A DNA stretch of 64,000 nucleotides from Dehalococcoidia bacterium (GTDB lineage Bacteria > Chloroflexota > Dehalococcoidia > Plut-88900). The DNA lies in assembly GCA_965249275.1 (NCBI GenBank), contig CBDFLQ010000007.1:448001-512000 (forward strand). The letters run 5' to 3'. The notes beneath the pieces were generated by a model. That model saw only the letters and a program-made list of their open reading frames with translations. It did no database searches and was not told the DNA's origin. Position numbers and translations under genes: made by a program. Shown here piece after piece: positions 8,441 to 18,015 of the stretch. Position 1 is the stretch's first letter, and the number at the start of each line of letters is the position of its first letter.

Positions 8441-9649
8441 TTAGCCGAATGCCCCGTCTTCCTTCAAACGGGCAAACTCCTCAGCGCTGAACCCCCCGAC
8501 ACCCGTCATCACCTCTTCGTTATGCTCTCCGAGGCCCGGCGCCGCTGCCACTCTGCCCACGGGGGTCCCGGAAAAGGCCAGGGGAACACCCGCGGCGGGT
8601 ATCCTGCCCCGCGTGGGGTGGTCTATGTCCGTGACGTAGTTGTTGGCGCGGGCCTGGGGGTCCGCCGCCAGTTCCGCCATCGAGTTGACCGGCGAGTACG
8701 CCATCCCCAACCCTGCCTCCTCAAGCGTATTCACCCACTCGGCCAGCGTTTTCCTGGCGAATATCTCGTCGAGTTGGCCCATCAGCCCTGCCCACCCCTC
8801 ATCCTGCGGAGACGTCGCCGCCAGTTCCCCAGCCCCGATTGCGCTGCAAAACTCCTCCCACCATCGGTCGGGGTCCGGTTCGCAGAACATTAGCCACCGG
8901 CCGTCGGCGCACTGGTACCAGTTGTATAGCAAACTTGTGGATTGCGACCTGTCATTCCTGGCGTGTAAAGGAGAACCTTCGCCCGGCGGCAAGTTCAAGT
9001 CCGGGAATCTCTCCGACCACAAAGCATAGTTAACCGCGCCATGCTGGAAGTGCATCGCGCTCCCCAGCAGCGACCCCTGCACCATCTGCCCGTGCCCCGT
9101 CCGCTCCCGATTCACCAGTGCCGCAAGGATTCCATATGTCATTACCGTGCCCGTGTTCTGGTCGAAAAGGCCGCCCTCCAAAAGAAGCGGCTCGGCCTCC
9201 AGGCCTCCACTTATCATTGCGGTGAAACCGCTCCGCGCCTGGACCAGCGCCTCGAAGGCCCTCCGGTCCTTGTCCTTACCCAGAGGTCCCCAGGCTCCAA
9301 CGTGCCCGTAAACGAGCCTGCTGTTTATCCCGGAGAGAGTCTCGTAGTCTGCACCCAGGCGCTCCAGCAAAGCCGTATGGAAATTCGATACGAAGACATC
9401 CGCCCTGCCGACCAAACGATACAGCGCTTCCCTCCCCGACTCCTTCTTCAGGTCAAGCGTCACGCTCTTCTTGTTCCGGTTCACGGCGTCGAACCAGAAG
9501 GTGCCCTTGGACCGGGTCGGGTCTCCGCCGTCGGGGCGTTCTATCTTGAGCACCTCGGCCCCCAGGTCTCCCAATATGTAACCGATGGGAGGCCCAACGT
9601 GTATAACCGCCATCTCCACGACTCTTATTCCATCTAATGGTCCCGGCAT
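8441..9649 (-). CDS. Class III CoA-transferase (CaiB/BaiF)
   Basis: LDGIRVVE, LGAEVLKIE, NRNKKSVTLDLK, catalytic Asp in GLFDQ, APGLGEHN. Confidence 0.93.
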   Translation of the reverse strand: MPGPLDGIRVVEMAVIHVGPPIGYILGDLGAEVLKIERPDGGDPTRSKGTFWFDAVNRNKKSVTLDLKKESGREALYRLVGRADVFVSNFHTALLERLGADYETLSGINSRLVYGHVGAWGPLGKDKDRRAFEALVQARSGFTAMISGGLEAEPLLLEGGLFDQNTGTVMTYGILAALVNRERTGHGQMVQGSLLGSAMHFQHGAVNYALWSERFPDLNLPPGEGSPLHARNDRSQSTSLLYNWYQCADGRWLMFCEPDPDRWWEEFCSAIGAGELAATSPQDEGWAGLMGQLDEIFARKTLAEWVNTLEEAGLGMAYSPVNSMAELAADPQARANNYVTDIDHPTRGRIPAAGVPLAFSGTPVGRVAAAPGLGEHNEEVMTGVGGFSAEEFARLKEDGAFG

Positions 9650-9716
9650 AGCTCCTCCTCAGTCGAGCGATTGGGTTTTCTTCTATATTGGCGGGGCATT
9701 ATGTTAAGAAGTCCAA

Positions 9717-11120
9717 CTAGTTCTTCGCAATCTCGGGAATGAATCCCGCCCAGGGCCGAGCCCGCTCCAAAGCCGCCGAGGCCCGCAGAACGGTCATCTC
9801 GTCCCCCCACCTCCCCACCACCTGCAGTCCTATCGGCAGCCCGTCCGTCGAGAATCCGCAGGGCACGTTGGCCCCGGGGTTTCCGGCTATGTTGAAACTT
9901 GCGGTGAAAGGCGCTGCTCCCCACAGCTTACTGACCTCCTGCCCGGCAATCTCCCGTGGCCGAGCCCCGATGGGATATGCAGGCACGGCGGTCGTGGGAG
10001 TCAGGAGCAGGTCATACTTCTCAAAAAAGTCTTCCATCCGGGCCCGGAATTTCCACAGCTTCGACATGGCCCGAGCGTAGTCAGTACCCATTGCCCGCTT
10101 CCCGGCCTCCAGGGTCGACTTCACGTAGTTCATCAACTGGTCTCCGTGGCTTTCCAGCAGTGACCCATTGTTTGCGTACTCTTCCACTATGACTATGGGA
10201 CCAAATATCCCGAATGGCGCCCCCGACTCCGGCGTCGCATCCTCCAGTGAGCATCCCATCCCCTCTAAAATCTCTGCCGTCTGCCGTGTCTTAATCAACA
10301 CCTCCTCGTCCACCACCCCATACCCCAAATCCGAGCTCCACGCTACTCTCAAACCCTTGACCTCGCCGTCCAGAGCTTCAAGAAAGTCCGGCGGCGCCGA
10401 GCGTATTGCCAGGCTGTCCCGGGAATCGTGGCCCGAGATCTGGTTCAGCATCAGTGCCGCATCCCTCACGCTCCGGCTCATCGGCCCGCTGTCCGAAAAC
10501 AGCGCCCAACCACCGTCCTTTGACGGGACCCTGCCGTGCGTCGGCTTGATCCCGTACACACCACAGAATGATGCAGGCACCCTGATCGAGCCTCCGCCGT
10601 CGCTTCCCGTAGCCAGTGGGCAGATGTATGCGGCAAGCGCAGCCCCCGACCCGCCACTCGAACCGCCGCTTGTCCGACCCGTGTCCCAGGGGTTCCGGCA
10701 GTCGTCTCCCAGCCGGTTCTCGGTGCTCGTAGACTGCCCAAATTCTGGGGTGTTCGTCTTCCCGAGAACTATTGCCCCGGCTTTCCTCATCCTCTCCACG
10801 ATTATGGAGTCTTCAGCGGGCACGTTGTCCTTGAATGCCAGCGAGCCAAATGTCGTCCTGATCCCTTTCGTTGCCTCCAGGTCCTTCACGGCCAATGGAA
10901 TGCCGTGGAGGGGCGGCATATCCGGCCCTGCGCTCTTCTCCGCCTCCCTCGCCGACTCCATAGCCTCGTCACCGCACACCGTGAGAAAAGCGTTGAGAGT
11001 CGGGTTCAGGGTCTCGATCCTCCGCAGGCAGGCCTCGGTTAGTTCCACCGGCGACACCTGACGGGACGATATCAGGCCGGCCAGTTCTGTCGTGTCTTTC
11101 CTGATTAGATCATCGGTCAC
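9717..11120 (-). CDS. Amidase-signature family amidase
   Basis: GIPLAVKD, GKTNTPEF, GGSSGGS and GSDGGGSIRVPA. Confidence 0.93.
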   Translation of the reverse strand: MTDDLIRKDTTELAGLISSRQVSPVELTEACLRRIETLNPTLNAFLTVCGDEAMESAREAEKSAGPDMPPLHGIPLAVKDLEATKGIRTTFGSLAFKDNVPAEDSIIVERMRKAGAIVLGKTNTPEFGQSTSTENRLGDDCRNPWDTGRTSGGSSGGSGAALAAYICPLATGSDGGGSIRVPASFCGVYGIKPTHGRVPSKDGGWALFSDSGPMSRSVRDAALMLNQISGHDSRDSLAIRSAPPDFLEALDGEVKGLRVAWSSDLGYGVVDEEVLIKTRQTAEILEGMGCSLEDATPESGAPFGIFGPIVIVEEYANNGSLLESHGDQLMNYVKSTLEAGKRAMGTDYARAMSKLWKFRARMEDFFEKYDLLLTPTTAVPAYPIGARPREIAGQEVSKLWGAAPFTASFNIAGNPGANVPCGFSTDGLPIGLQVVGRWGDEMTVLRASAALERARPWAGFIPEIAKN

Positions 11121-11277
11121 AGATCGGGTTCCTCCGGTGCAAGGTTCGGCCTAGCAGGTTCATTCGATAAACTGGACACGGAAAATGAGCGAAAGCGGGT
11201 CGGCCCGATTATAGGAATCGCCCGACAACACGGTCAAGGTTGACGCCCCTTCTACCCCACCCCCCTGCTGAGGGGAG

Positions 11278-11511
11278 CCTGTCCGCCTAAGGCGGAGCAT
11301 TCCGGCAACCAACCCCTCGTCGTTCCTGCGCAGGTCGCAGATGCGCCGAGGCGTGCAGGGCCTCATCCCCAGGGTGGGGCCGCTCACCCTGAGCACCGTC
11401 GAAGGGTCGAGCGGGGGGAGGCCCCGCACTGCCAATCCGTCGTGTCCCCCCAACCCCAGAGGCGGCCAGGGCGGGGCGTCCTGTCCCCTCTCCCTCGATG
11501 GGAGAGGGGAC
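11278..11511. repeat. Mosaic cluster of REP-like palindromes
   Basis: TCCGCCTAAGGCGGA, GTCGCAGATGCGCCGAGGCGTG, CCCTGAGCACCGTCGAAGGG and CCTGTCCCCTCTCCC modules, each recurring elsewhere in the window. Confidence 0.75.
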
Positions 11512-11517
11512 TGGCCC

Positions 11518-12818
11518 GGTACAGACCGGGCAGAAAGGTAACACATAAACCGGGGACATGGGTAACACATCGTGGGATTGTATTAGGCAATCCCAGAGGA
11601 GGAAGATGTGTTGCCTTGGAAAGACACGAGCATAGAATCGGAGCGGTTGCAGTTCATCGAGCGTCACACTGCGGGAGAGGAGACTATTGCTGAGCTGTGC
11701 CGCCGGTCCGGGATCAGCCGCAAGACGGGCTACAAGATAATCGGCCGATACGAGGCGTATGGTGAGGACGGTCTACTTGACCTAAGCCGGGCTCCTCACA
11801 GCCATCCCAACGCCACTTCCATAGAGGTGGCTAAGCGTATCATCGAGGCGAAGCGCACCCATCCCACATGGGGCCCGAAGAAGATCGTCGCCTGGTTGCA
11901 TTCCATCGAGCCCTACGTGCCCTGGCCTTCCTCCAGTACTGCGGGCGCCATACTGGACCGTGTGGGTCTGGTGAGGCGGCGCAAGCGGCGGCGCAGGGCT
12001 ACACGCTGGGGCGAGCCCTTCGCCCACGCCCGGCACCCCAATGACGTGTGGGCCATCGACCTGAAGGGCTGGTTCCGCACGGATGACGGAATGCGGATAG
12101 ACCCCCTTACAGCCCAGGACGCCATGTCCCGCTACTTACTGGTATGCGACCCTCTCGACCGCCCTGCCGGCCCGGAAGTCAAGCGCTCTCTGGAGAGAAC
12201 CTTCCGAGAGTACGGCATCCCTCGGGCCATACGCACCGACAATGGTCCGCCCTTCGCCAGTGTGGGTCTGGGCAGCCTCTCACCACTCTCAGCATGGTGG
12301 GTCAAGCTCGGGATCGTACCCGAACGCATAGAGCCCGGTCACCCCGAACAGAATGGACGCATCGAGCGCCTTCACCGGACCCTCAAGGCCGAGACCGCAA
12401 CACCTCCAAAGGCCAACTGGAGACGACAACGCAGAGCCCTCGAACGCTTCAGACACACCTACAACTTCGAGAGGCCACATGAGGCCCTGGGGCAGCAACC
12501 ACCAAGCCGGCTGTACACGCCCTCGATCAGACCCTATCCCACACGTATCAGCTCGCCCGAGTACAACGCCGGTGTCACCGTACGTAGTGTCCGCAGCAAC
12601 GGACAGATCAAGTGGAAGGGAGATATGCTCTACGTGAGCGAGTCCCTCAAGGGCGAACCCATCGGCCTGGTCCAGATAGACGAACGAACCTGGTCCATAC
12701 AGTTCGGGCCACTCATCATCGGACTCCTTGATGACCCCACCAGAAGGGTCGACAAAACCCCAGTCAAAGTGTTACCTATGTCCTCGGTCTAACTGTTACC
12801 CATGTCCCCGGTCGTACA
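11518..12818 (+). mobile_element. IS481-family insertion sequence (second type); left end approximate
   Basis: Two subterminal repeats of ACCGGGGACATGGGTAACA type at each end in inverted orientation; right end ...GGTCGTACA; no clean TSD visible. Confidence 0.82.
11608..12792 (+). CDS. IS481-family transposase (HTH + rve)
   Basis: MPW...ERLQFI, GISRKTGYK, WAIDLKG, RTDNGPPF, PEQNGRIERLHRTLK, YNFERPHEAL. Confidence 0.95.
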   Translation: MLPWKDTSIESERLQFIERHTAGEETIAELCRRSGISRKTGYKIIGRYEAYGEDGLLDLSRAPHSHPNATSIEVAKRIIEAKRTHPTWGPKKIVAWLHSIEPYVPWPSSSTAGAILDRVGLVRRRKRRRRATRWGEPFAHARHPNDVWAIDLKGWFRTDDGMRIDPLTAQDAMSRYLLVCDPLDRPAGPEVKRSLERTFREYGIPRAIRTDNGPPFASVGLGSLSPLSAWWVKLGIVPERIEPGHPEQNGRIERLHRTLKAETATPPKANWRRQRRALERFRHTYNFERPHEALGQQPPSRLYTPSIRPYPTRISSPEYNAGVTVRSVRSNGQIKWKGDMLYVSESLKGEPIGLVQIDERTWSIQFGPLIIGLLDDPTRRVDKTPVKVLPMSSV

Positions 12819-13550
12819 GTGAGGGTGATCCTTCTTGGCAAAAGTGACACGAACCCCTTGACCAGACTTGTACACATGTACTATATTCACCCCCGACTAG
12901 CTCGTCACTCACCCTAAACCCAAGGAGGAACCACAACCCAGGGGGAACCACAGCCCCGGCCCACACGAGGACTCAACGTCTAAGCCCATCCCAAAGGGCG
13001 GCCCACACGCCGCCCCACGGCTCAAGCGAACGCCGCCATCTCCTCATACCAAGGGCCCCGGCTCACCCCTCCCCCCACCACCCAGGCGATGGAAGGTCCA
13101 CAGACTATGCTCGGCAGGCCCCGTCCAGGGCCCCTGCCGATTCAACGCTTCCCATTACCGGATGCGTTTACTCCGGCCCATTGCGCGCCGGTTTCCCGGG
13201 TAGGTCAACCGACCCCCGGTTTAGCAAGGCCCTCGTGTCCTTGTTTGTCCCGCCGTCCCCGCCATCCGTCTACCCGGCGGATGCACCGGGACGCCGGTTA
13301 TGAAAGTCCGCCTCAGGCGGCATGTTCCCCGTCAGCGGTCCGGTCAAGTGCCGCTCACGGAGGGATCGGCCCCACACAACCCTGACTGCAGCCGAGAACA
13401 TGTGGGGATAATCCAGCCCGGCGCCGACGGCTCGGCAACAACCTCCGGCCTGGATCCTAGTCTCGGACCTTCCATCGCCTGCCCCCCCAACAAACCAAAC
13501 AAAAACTGAATAACCGTCCTCCCCTGTAGGGGCGACCGGCCGGTCGCCCG
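12819..13550 (+). repeat. Dispersed composite element copy 2 (its 5' REP is split by the IS)
   Basis: TTGACC-N18-TATATT with GTAC-ACAT-GTAC at 12870-12881; 12890-13095 aligns with 61155-61350; ACTGAATAACC at 13505-13515; GTAG-REP at 13526-13549. Confidence 0.72.
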
Positions 13551-13670
13551 GGGTCGGGCGGGCTGCTCAGCCTGTACGCCTGAAAGTCCGCCTGCGTAGG
13601 ATTGAAGGTACACTAGAACGGAATGGGGGCTGCGCACAAGATTGTAAGCCCACGAACAGGAGCACTATAA

Positions 13671-14420
13671 TTGGAACCCGACATGCCCGAACGCAAGACC
13701 CGCGCCTCCATTTTCATAACCTGCCTCGTGGACCAGTTCTATCCCCAGGTTGGCGAGGCTATGGTAAAGGTGCTGAGGGAGCAGGGCGTGCAGCTTACCT
13801 TTCCCCAAGCCCAGACCTGCTGTGGCCAGCCCGCCTTTAACTCGGGCTTCCAGTCCGAGGCCCGAGACCTCGCCAAACGCTTCATCTCCATATTCGAAGG
13901 CGACGACTATATCGTGGCACCTTCCGGTTCATGCACTTCAATGGTCCGGGTCTACTATCCCGATCTCTTCAAAGATGACCCCAAGATGCTCGAAAAGGCC
14001 CGCAATCTCGAGGCCCGTACTTTTGAATTCTCCGAGTTCCTCGTCAAGGTTCTCGGCGTCGAGGATGTCAATGCAACACATGAGGGCTCGGTGACCTATC
14101 ACCCTTCCTGCCACCTCCTCAGAGAGCTCAAAGTCCGTAACGAGCCACCGCAGCTTCTAAGCAAGGTGAAGGGCATAGAAATCAAGGACCTCCCCGATGC
14201 CGAGCAGTGCTGCGGGTTCGGAGGCTCCTTTGCAGTCAAGTATCCTCACATATCGGGCTCCATCCTTCAGCGCAAGCTCGACTGCATCCGCAAGTCGGGC
14301 GCCGACACCCTCGTCGCCAACGATGCCGGATGCCTGATGCACATGGCCGGCGGACTCAAACGTCAAAACGTGCCCGTCCACCCTCGTCACATCGCCGAGA
14401 TTCTAGCATCCAGGGAATAG
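13671..14420 (+). CDS. lutA: Lactate utilization protein A (CCG-domain Fe-S protein)
   Basis: ITCLVD, QTCCGQPAFNSG, YHPSCH, CCGFGGSFAVK, GCLMH. Confidence 0.9.
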   Translation: MEPDMPERKTRASIFITCLVDQFYPQVGEAMVKVLREQGVQLTFPQAQTCCGQPAFNSGFQSEARDLAKRFISIFEGDDYIVAPSGSCTSMVRVYYPDLFKDDPKMLEKARNLEARTFEFSEFLVKVLGVEDVNATHEGSVTYHPSCHLLRELKVRNEPPQLLSKVKGIEIKDLPDAEQCCGFGGSFAVKYPHISGSILQRKLDCIRKSGADTLVANDAGCLMHMAGGLKRQNVPVHPRHIAEILASRE

Positions 14421-14442
14421 CGTTCCGCCTTTTCGATAGAAC

Positions 14443-15891
14443 ATGGAGATCAAGACCAAAGACTTCAACGCAGGCTCCCGACGCGCCGTTAAGAACGTGC
14501 GAGTCCAGGAGGCCGCCCGACGCGCCACCGGCAACCTCCTCCGGGAGCGCAACAACGCCGCGGCCAACCTTCCCGAATGGGAAGACCTCCGCGACCGCGC
14601 ACGGGAGATCAAGGCTCACACCATCGAAAGACTGGACGACTACCTCTCCCTGTTTGCCGACTCCGTTGAGAAGGCTGGAGGCAAGGTGGTCTGGGCAAGC
14701 ACCGCCCAGGAGGCCGCCGAGTACGTCGTCTCCCTCGCCAGGGAGAAGGGTGTCCGCACCGTGGTCAAGGGCAAGTCCATGGCCACCGAGGAGATAGACC
14801 TCAATCACAAGCTTGAAGAGGTGGGCGTCGAGGCCATAGAGACCGACCTCGGTGAATACATGATCCAGCTCGCCGGCGAGACTCCCTACCACATCATCGC
14901 CCCAGCTATTCACAAGACTCGGCAGGACTTCGGCCAACTATTCTCAGAGCACCTATCCATCCCCTACGAGGAAGACCCCCAGCGCCTGACCCAGATCGCC
15001 CGGCACGCCCTCCGGGAGAAGTTCAGCCAGGCCGACATGGGCGTCACGGGCGCAAACTTCGGCATCGCCGAAACCGGGACCATCGTCCTGGTAGAAAACG
15101 AAGGCAATCAGCGCCTCTCCACATCCCTTCCTCCCATCCATGTCTCCGTAATGGGTATGGAGAAGGTCATACCCACCCTACAGGACCTGTCCGTCTTTCT
15201 TGCCCTTCTTCCTCGCAGCGCTACGGGCCAACAGGCAAGCTCTTACGTATCCATGATCACCGGGCCCCGAGCCCCGGGTGAGGTCGACGGCCCCGAAGAG
15301 TTCCACATGGTCATCCTGGACAATGGGCGCAGCCGTATCCTCGCCGACCCCGCCATGCGCGAGTCTCTGTATTGCATCCGTTGTGCTGCCTGCCTGAACA
15401 TATGCCCCGTATACAACTCTGTCGGGGGTCACGCCTACGGGTGGGTCTACTCAGGCCCCATCGGCTCGATTATCACACCGGAGATAGTCGGGATTGGGGA
15501 GGCCAAGGACCTGCCCGCCGCATCGACTCTGTGCGGAGCGTGCAGGGACGTCTGCCCCATCAAAATCGACATCCCCCACATGCTCCTCAACCTCCGGCAC
15601 AAGGCCGCTCAACCGAAACCGAGCAATCCCGTTACAAATGGCGTCGGGGCCCCCGTCCTGGAAAAATGGGTCATGCGTGCCTGGGCAGCGACTATGAAAA
15701 GCAAGATGGCCTACTCCGCTGCAACCGGCCTCGCCCGACTCGCCCAGAAACCCCTTTCGAGAAACGGATATCTCAGATGGCTCCCACCCTTCCTTAAGGG
15801 ATGGACCGACCACCGGGAGTTCCCCGCCCTCGCCCCCCGCTCATTTGCGCAGTTATGGAACGAAAGGCTATCCAAAGATGCCTCCGACTAG
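14443..15891 (+). CDS. lutB: Lactate utilization protein B (LUD + 4Fe-4S)
   Basis: KGKSMATEEI, ETDLGEY, CIRCAACLNICP, STLCGACRDVCP. Confidence 0.93.
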   Translation: MEIKTKDFNAGSRRAVKNVRVQEAARRATGNLLRERNNAAANLPEWEDLRDRAREIKAHTIERLDDYLSLFADSVEKAGGKVVWASTAQEAAEYVVSLAREKGVRTVVKGKSMATEEIDLNHKLEEVGVEAIETDLGEYMIQLAGETPYHIIAPAIHKTRQDFGQLFSEHLSIPYEEDPQRLTQIARHALREKFSQADMGVTGANFGIAETGTIVLVENEGNQRLSTSLPPIHVSVMGMEKVIPTLQDLSVFLALLPRSATGQQASSYVSMITGPRAPGEVDGPEEFHMVILDNGRSRILADPAMRESLYCIRCAACLNICPVYNSVGGHAYGWVYSGPIGSIITPEIVGIGEAKDLPAASTLCGACRDVCPIKIDIPHMLLNLRHKAAQPKPSNPVTNGVGAPVLEKWVMRAWAATMKSKMAYSAATGLARLAQKPLSRNGYLRWLPPFLKGWTDHREFPALAPRSFAQLWNERLSKDASD

Positions 15892-16585
15892 CCGGGAAGC
15901 CTTCCTCACAACCGTCCGGCGGAGCCTCGGCAGGGCCGGGACCACTGCGCCCCCATCAAACGGAGTTACCCACGCTGAAACCGACAGTTCGATTCCTCCA
16001 AAAACTCCCGCTATCGACCGTGAACAGCTGATCTCACGCTTCGCAGAAGAGGTGAAGAAGGTACATGGCATCGTGACACGGGTGTCGGGGCAGGACGAGC
16101 TATCCGCACTTTTGGGCGCTCTCATTGAGGAGAAGGGGATACGTGAGATAGTCAGGTGGGATACATCAGCCCTCTCAAGCCTCGACCCTGCCCTCACCAG
16201 CGCTGGCGCAAAGGTTATCCCTATCAATCTGAACGAAGACGAAGCCTCTCGTTCCGAACTGAGGAACGCCCTCATCGACGCCGATATGGGACTCACCGAG
16301 GTCGATTACGCCATCGCAGATATCGGCTCCCTGGTACTACGAGCCTCCGGCCCGCAGAGCCGGCTTTCATCCGTTCTCCCCCCAATCCACGTAGCGATTG
16401 TCGCTTCCGATAGGATCGTCGCTTCCCTGGCACATCTCTTGCCCCTGCTCAATTCTTCGGAGAAACTCCCGTCCGCCGTGGCCCTGGTCACGGGCCCTTC
16501 CCGCACCGCCGACATCGAGACCATCCGCACAGTCGGGATCCACGGGCCGGTCGAGCTCCACGTGGTCATCCTGGACGTAGAGTGA
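15878..16585 (+). CDS. lutC: Lactate utilization protein C (LUD domain)
   Basis: SREAFL...R N-terminus, LPPIHVA, TGPSRTADIE...GIHGP; ATG at 15878 overlaps the lutB end. Confidence 0.9.
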   Translation: MPPTSREAFLTTVRRSLGRAGTTAPPSNGVTHAETDSSIPPKTPAIDREQLISRFAEEVKKVHGIVTRVSGQDELSALLGALIEEKGIREIVRWDTSALSSLDPALTSAGAKVIPINLNEDEASRSELRNALIDADMGLTEVDYAIADIGSLVLRASGPQSRLSSVLPPIHVAIVASDRIVASLAHLLPLLNSSEKLPSAVALVTGPSRTADIETIRTVGIHGPVELHVVILDVE

Positions 16586-16636
16586 TCCTAATTATCTTGT
16601 CGACAACAGCTGTTCTTGACTAGCTAACGTTTGTTA

Positions 16637-16665
16637 TTGACTAACTACCTCTGTATCGCTATATT
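16637..16665 (+). promoter_or_regulatory. Sigma70 promoter of liv copy 1
   Basis: TTGACT-N17-TATATT; same hexamers at 20613-20641. Confidence 0.75.
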
Positions 16666-16731
16666 GCAGCTTACAGTCCCGTCCTGCGACCCGGCCCGGT
16701 GGGTATGGGATCAGTTGTAAGGAGGGTGTGT

Positions 16732-17880
16732 ATGAGAGTTCAGAAGAAACCATTGACAGTGCTGCTTGGCCTGCTCGCGGTCCTAGCGATCGTTGGACTT
16801 GCCTGCGGCGGGGGAGATGACGAGTCTATCACCATAGGCGTAATCCAATCCCTGACAGGGCCCGGCGAGACCTATGGGAATGTGGCCCTGAACGGTATTC
16901 AGCTTGCAGTAGACGAAGTTAATGAAGCGGGCGGTGTTCTCGGCAAACAGATTGAGATTGTTGCCGAAGACGGGAAATGTAACGGTACCGATGCCCTGAC
17001 TGCGTACACTAAGTTAGTGGATGTAGATGAGGTCTCCATCATCCTGGGCCCCTCTTGCAGTGGGGAAATGTTGGGCTTTGCCTCGCGGGTTGATGACGAC
17101 GAGGTTGTCGTTTTTTCTGGGCTGACCTCTAACCCAGCCATTTCGACAGCTGGAGACTACATTTTCCGAAATGTCTTTAGCGACGCCGACGTCGGAAAGC
17201 GCCTGGCAGAAGTCATCATCGGCAAGGACTTCCGCGAAGTTGGGCTTATAGGCGAGGCCACGGACTACATCGAAGGAGTCCGCACCGAATTCGCCAACAA
17301 CTATGAAACCTTGGGTGGGGCCATCTTATCCGCCGAAAGGTACACTTCCGAAGAGACCGATTTCAGTGCCGCACTCACCAGAGTACTGGCCGATGACCCT
17401 CCTGCTCTAGTAGTTCTAGCCCAATCGGAATTCGCTTATGGCACCCTATACAAGCAGGCCCGGGAGCTTGGCTACGAAGGCCAGATGTTCTCGGTGGAGC
17501 CTGGGCTTGCCAGCAAGGTGCTCGAGATAGCCGGGGACGCGGCTGAAGGTGTGATAGGCGTGCTGGTGCCGCAGGACATTGAATACAATCCTGCCGGTGC
17601 GGAGCTAACCCAGAAGTACGTCGACAAGCACGGCTCCATCTCGCTCCACTACTACATCGGGTCCTCTTACGACTCGGTACACATCATTGCTGGTTGCATA
17701 GAGGATGTCGGCAGCGCAACCGACACCGCTGGAATCAGGGACTGCCTATACGGCGTCAACAGGGACAACCAGTACACCGGGGCCATTGGCACATATGGCT
17801 TCGACTCCAACGGTGACATGGACCCCAGCGTCTTCGTGGTCTACCAGTTGATCGATGGAGAATCGGTCATACAGCAGTAG
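16732..17880 (+). CDS. Branched-chain amino acid type ABC transporter substrate-binding lipoprotein (copy 1)
   Basis: GLACG lipobox; IGVIQSLTG, AVDEVNEAGGVLG, EDGKC, YIFRN; AAGGAGG RBS. Confidence 0.9.
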   Translation: MRVQKKPLTVLLGLLAVLAIVGLACGGGDDESITIGVIQSLTGPGETYGNVALNGIQLAVDEVNEAGGVLGKQIEIVAEDGKCNGTDALTAYTKLVDVDEVSIILGPSCSGEMLGFASRVDDDEVVVFSGLTSNPAISTAGDYIFRNVFSDADVGKRLAEVIIGKDFREVGLIGEATDYIEGVRTEFANNYETLGGAILSAERYTSEETDFSAALTRVLADDPPALVVLAQSEFAYGTLYKQARELGYEGQMFSVEPGLASKVLEIAGDAAEGVIGVLVPQDIEYNPAGAELTQKYVDKHGSISLHYYIGSSYDSVHIIAGCIEDVGSATDTAGIRDCLYGVNRDNQYTGAIGTYGFDSNGDMDPSVFVVYQLIDGESVIQQ

Positions 17881-17930
17881 AATTCTCTGAGATGCCGATT
17901 GAGCACTTGGCCGGATAGAAAACGAGGAAA

Positions 17931-17961
17931 AGGGCTGGCTTTCCATAGGAAGGCCAGCCCT
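17931..17961 (+). terminator. Stem-loop after the SBP gene
   Basis: AGGGCTGGCTTTCC-ATA-GGAAGGCCAGCCCT. Confidence 0.65.
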
Positions 17962-18015
17962 AGCTTGTTGTAAACAGACACAGTCCCGAGCCATATCTAT
18001 GCGAAGCCTGATACC

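Noticed and set aside
9717-11120. gatA assignment
   Set aside because: No gatB or gatC nearby and the context is catabolic; kept as a generic amidase
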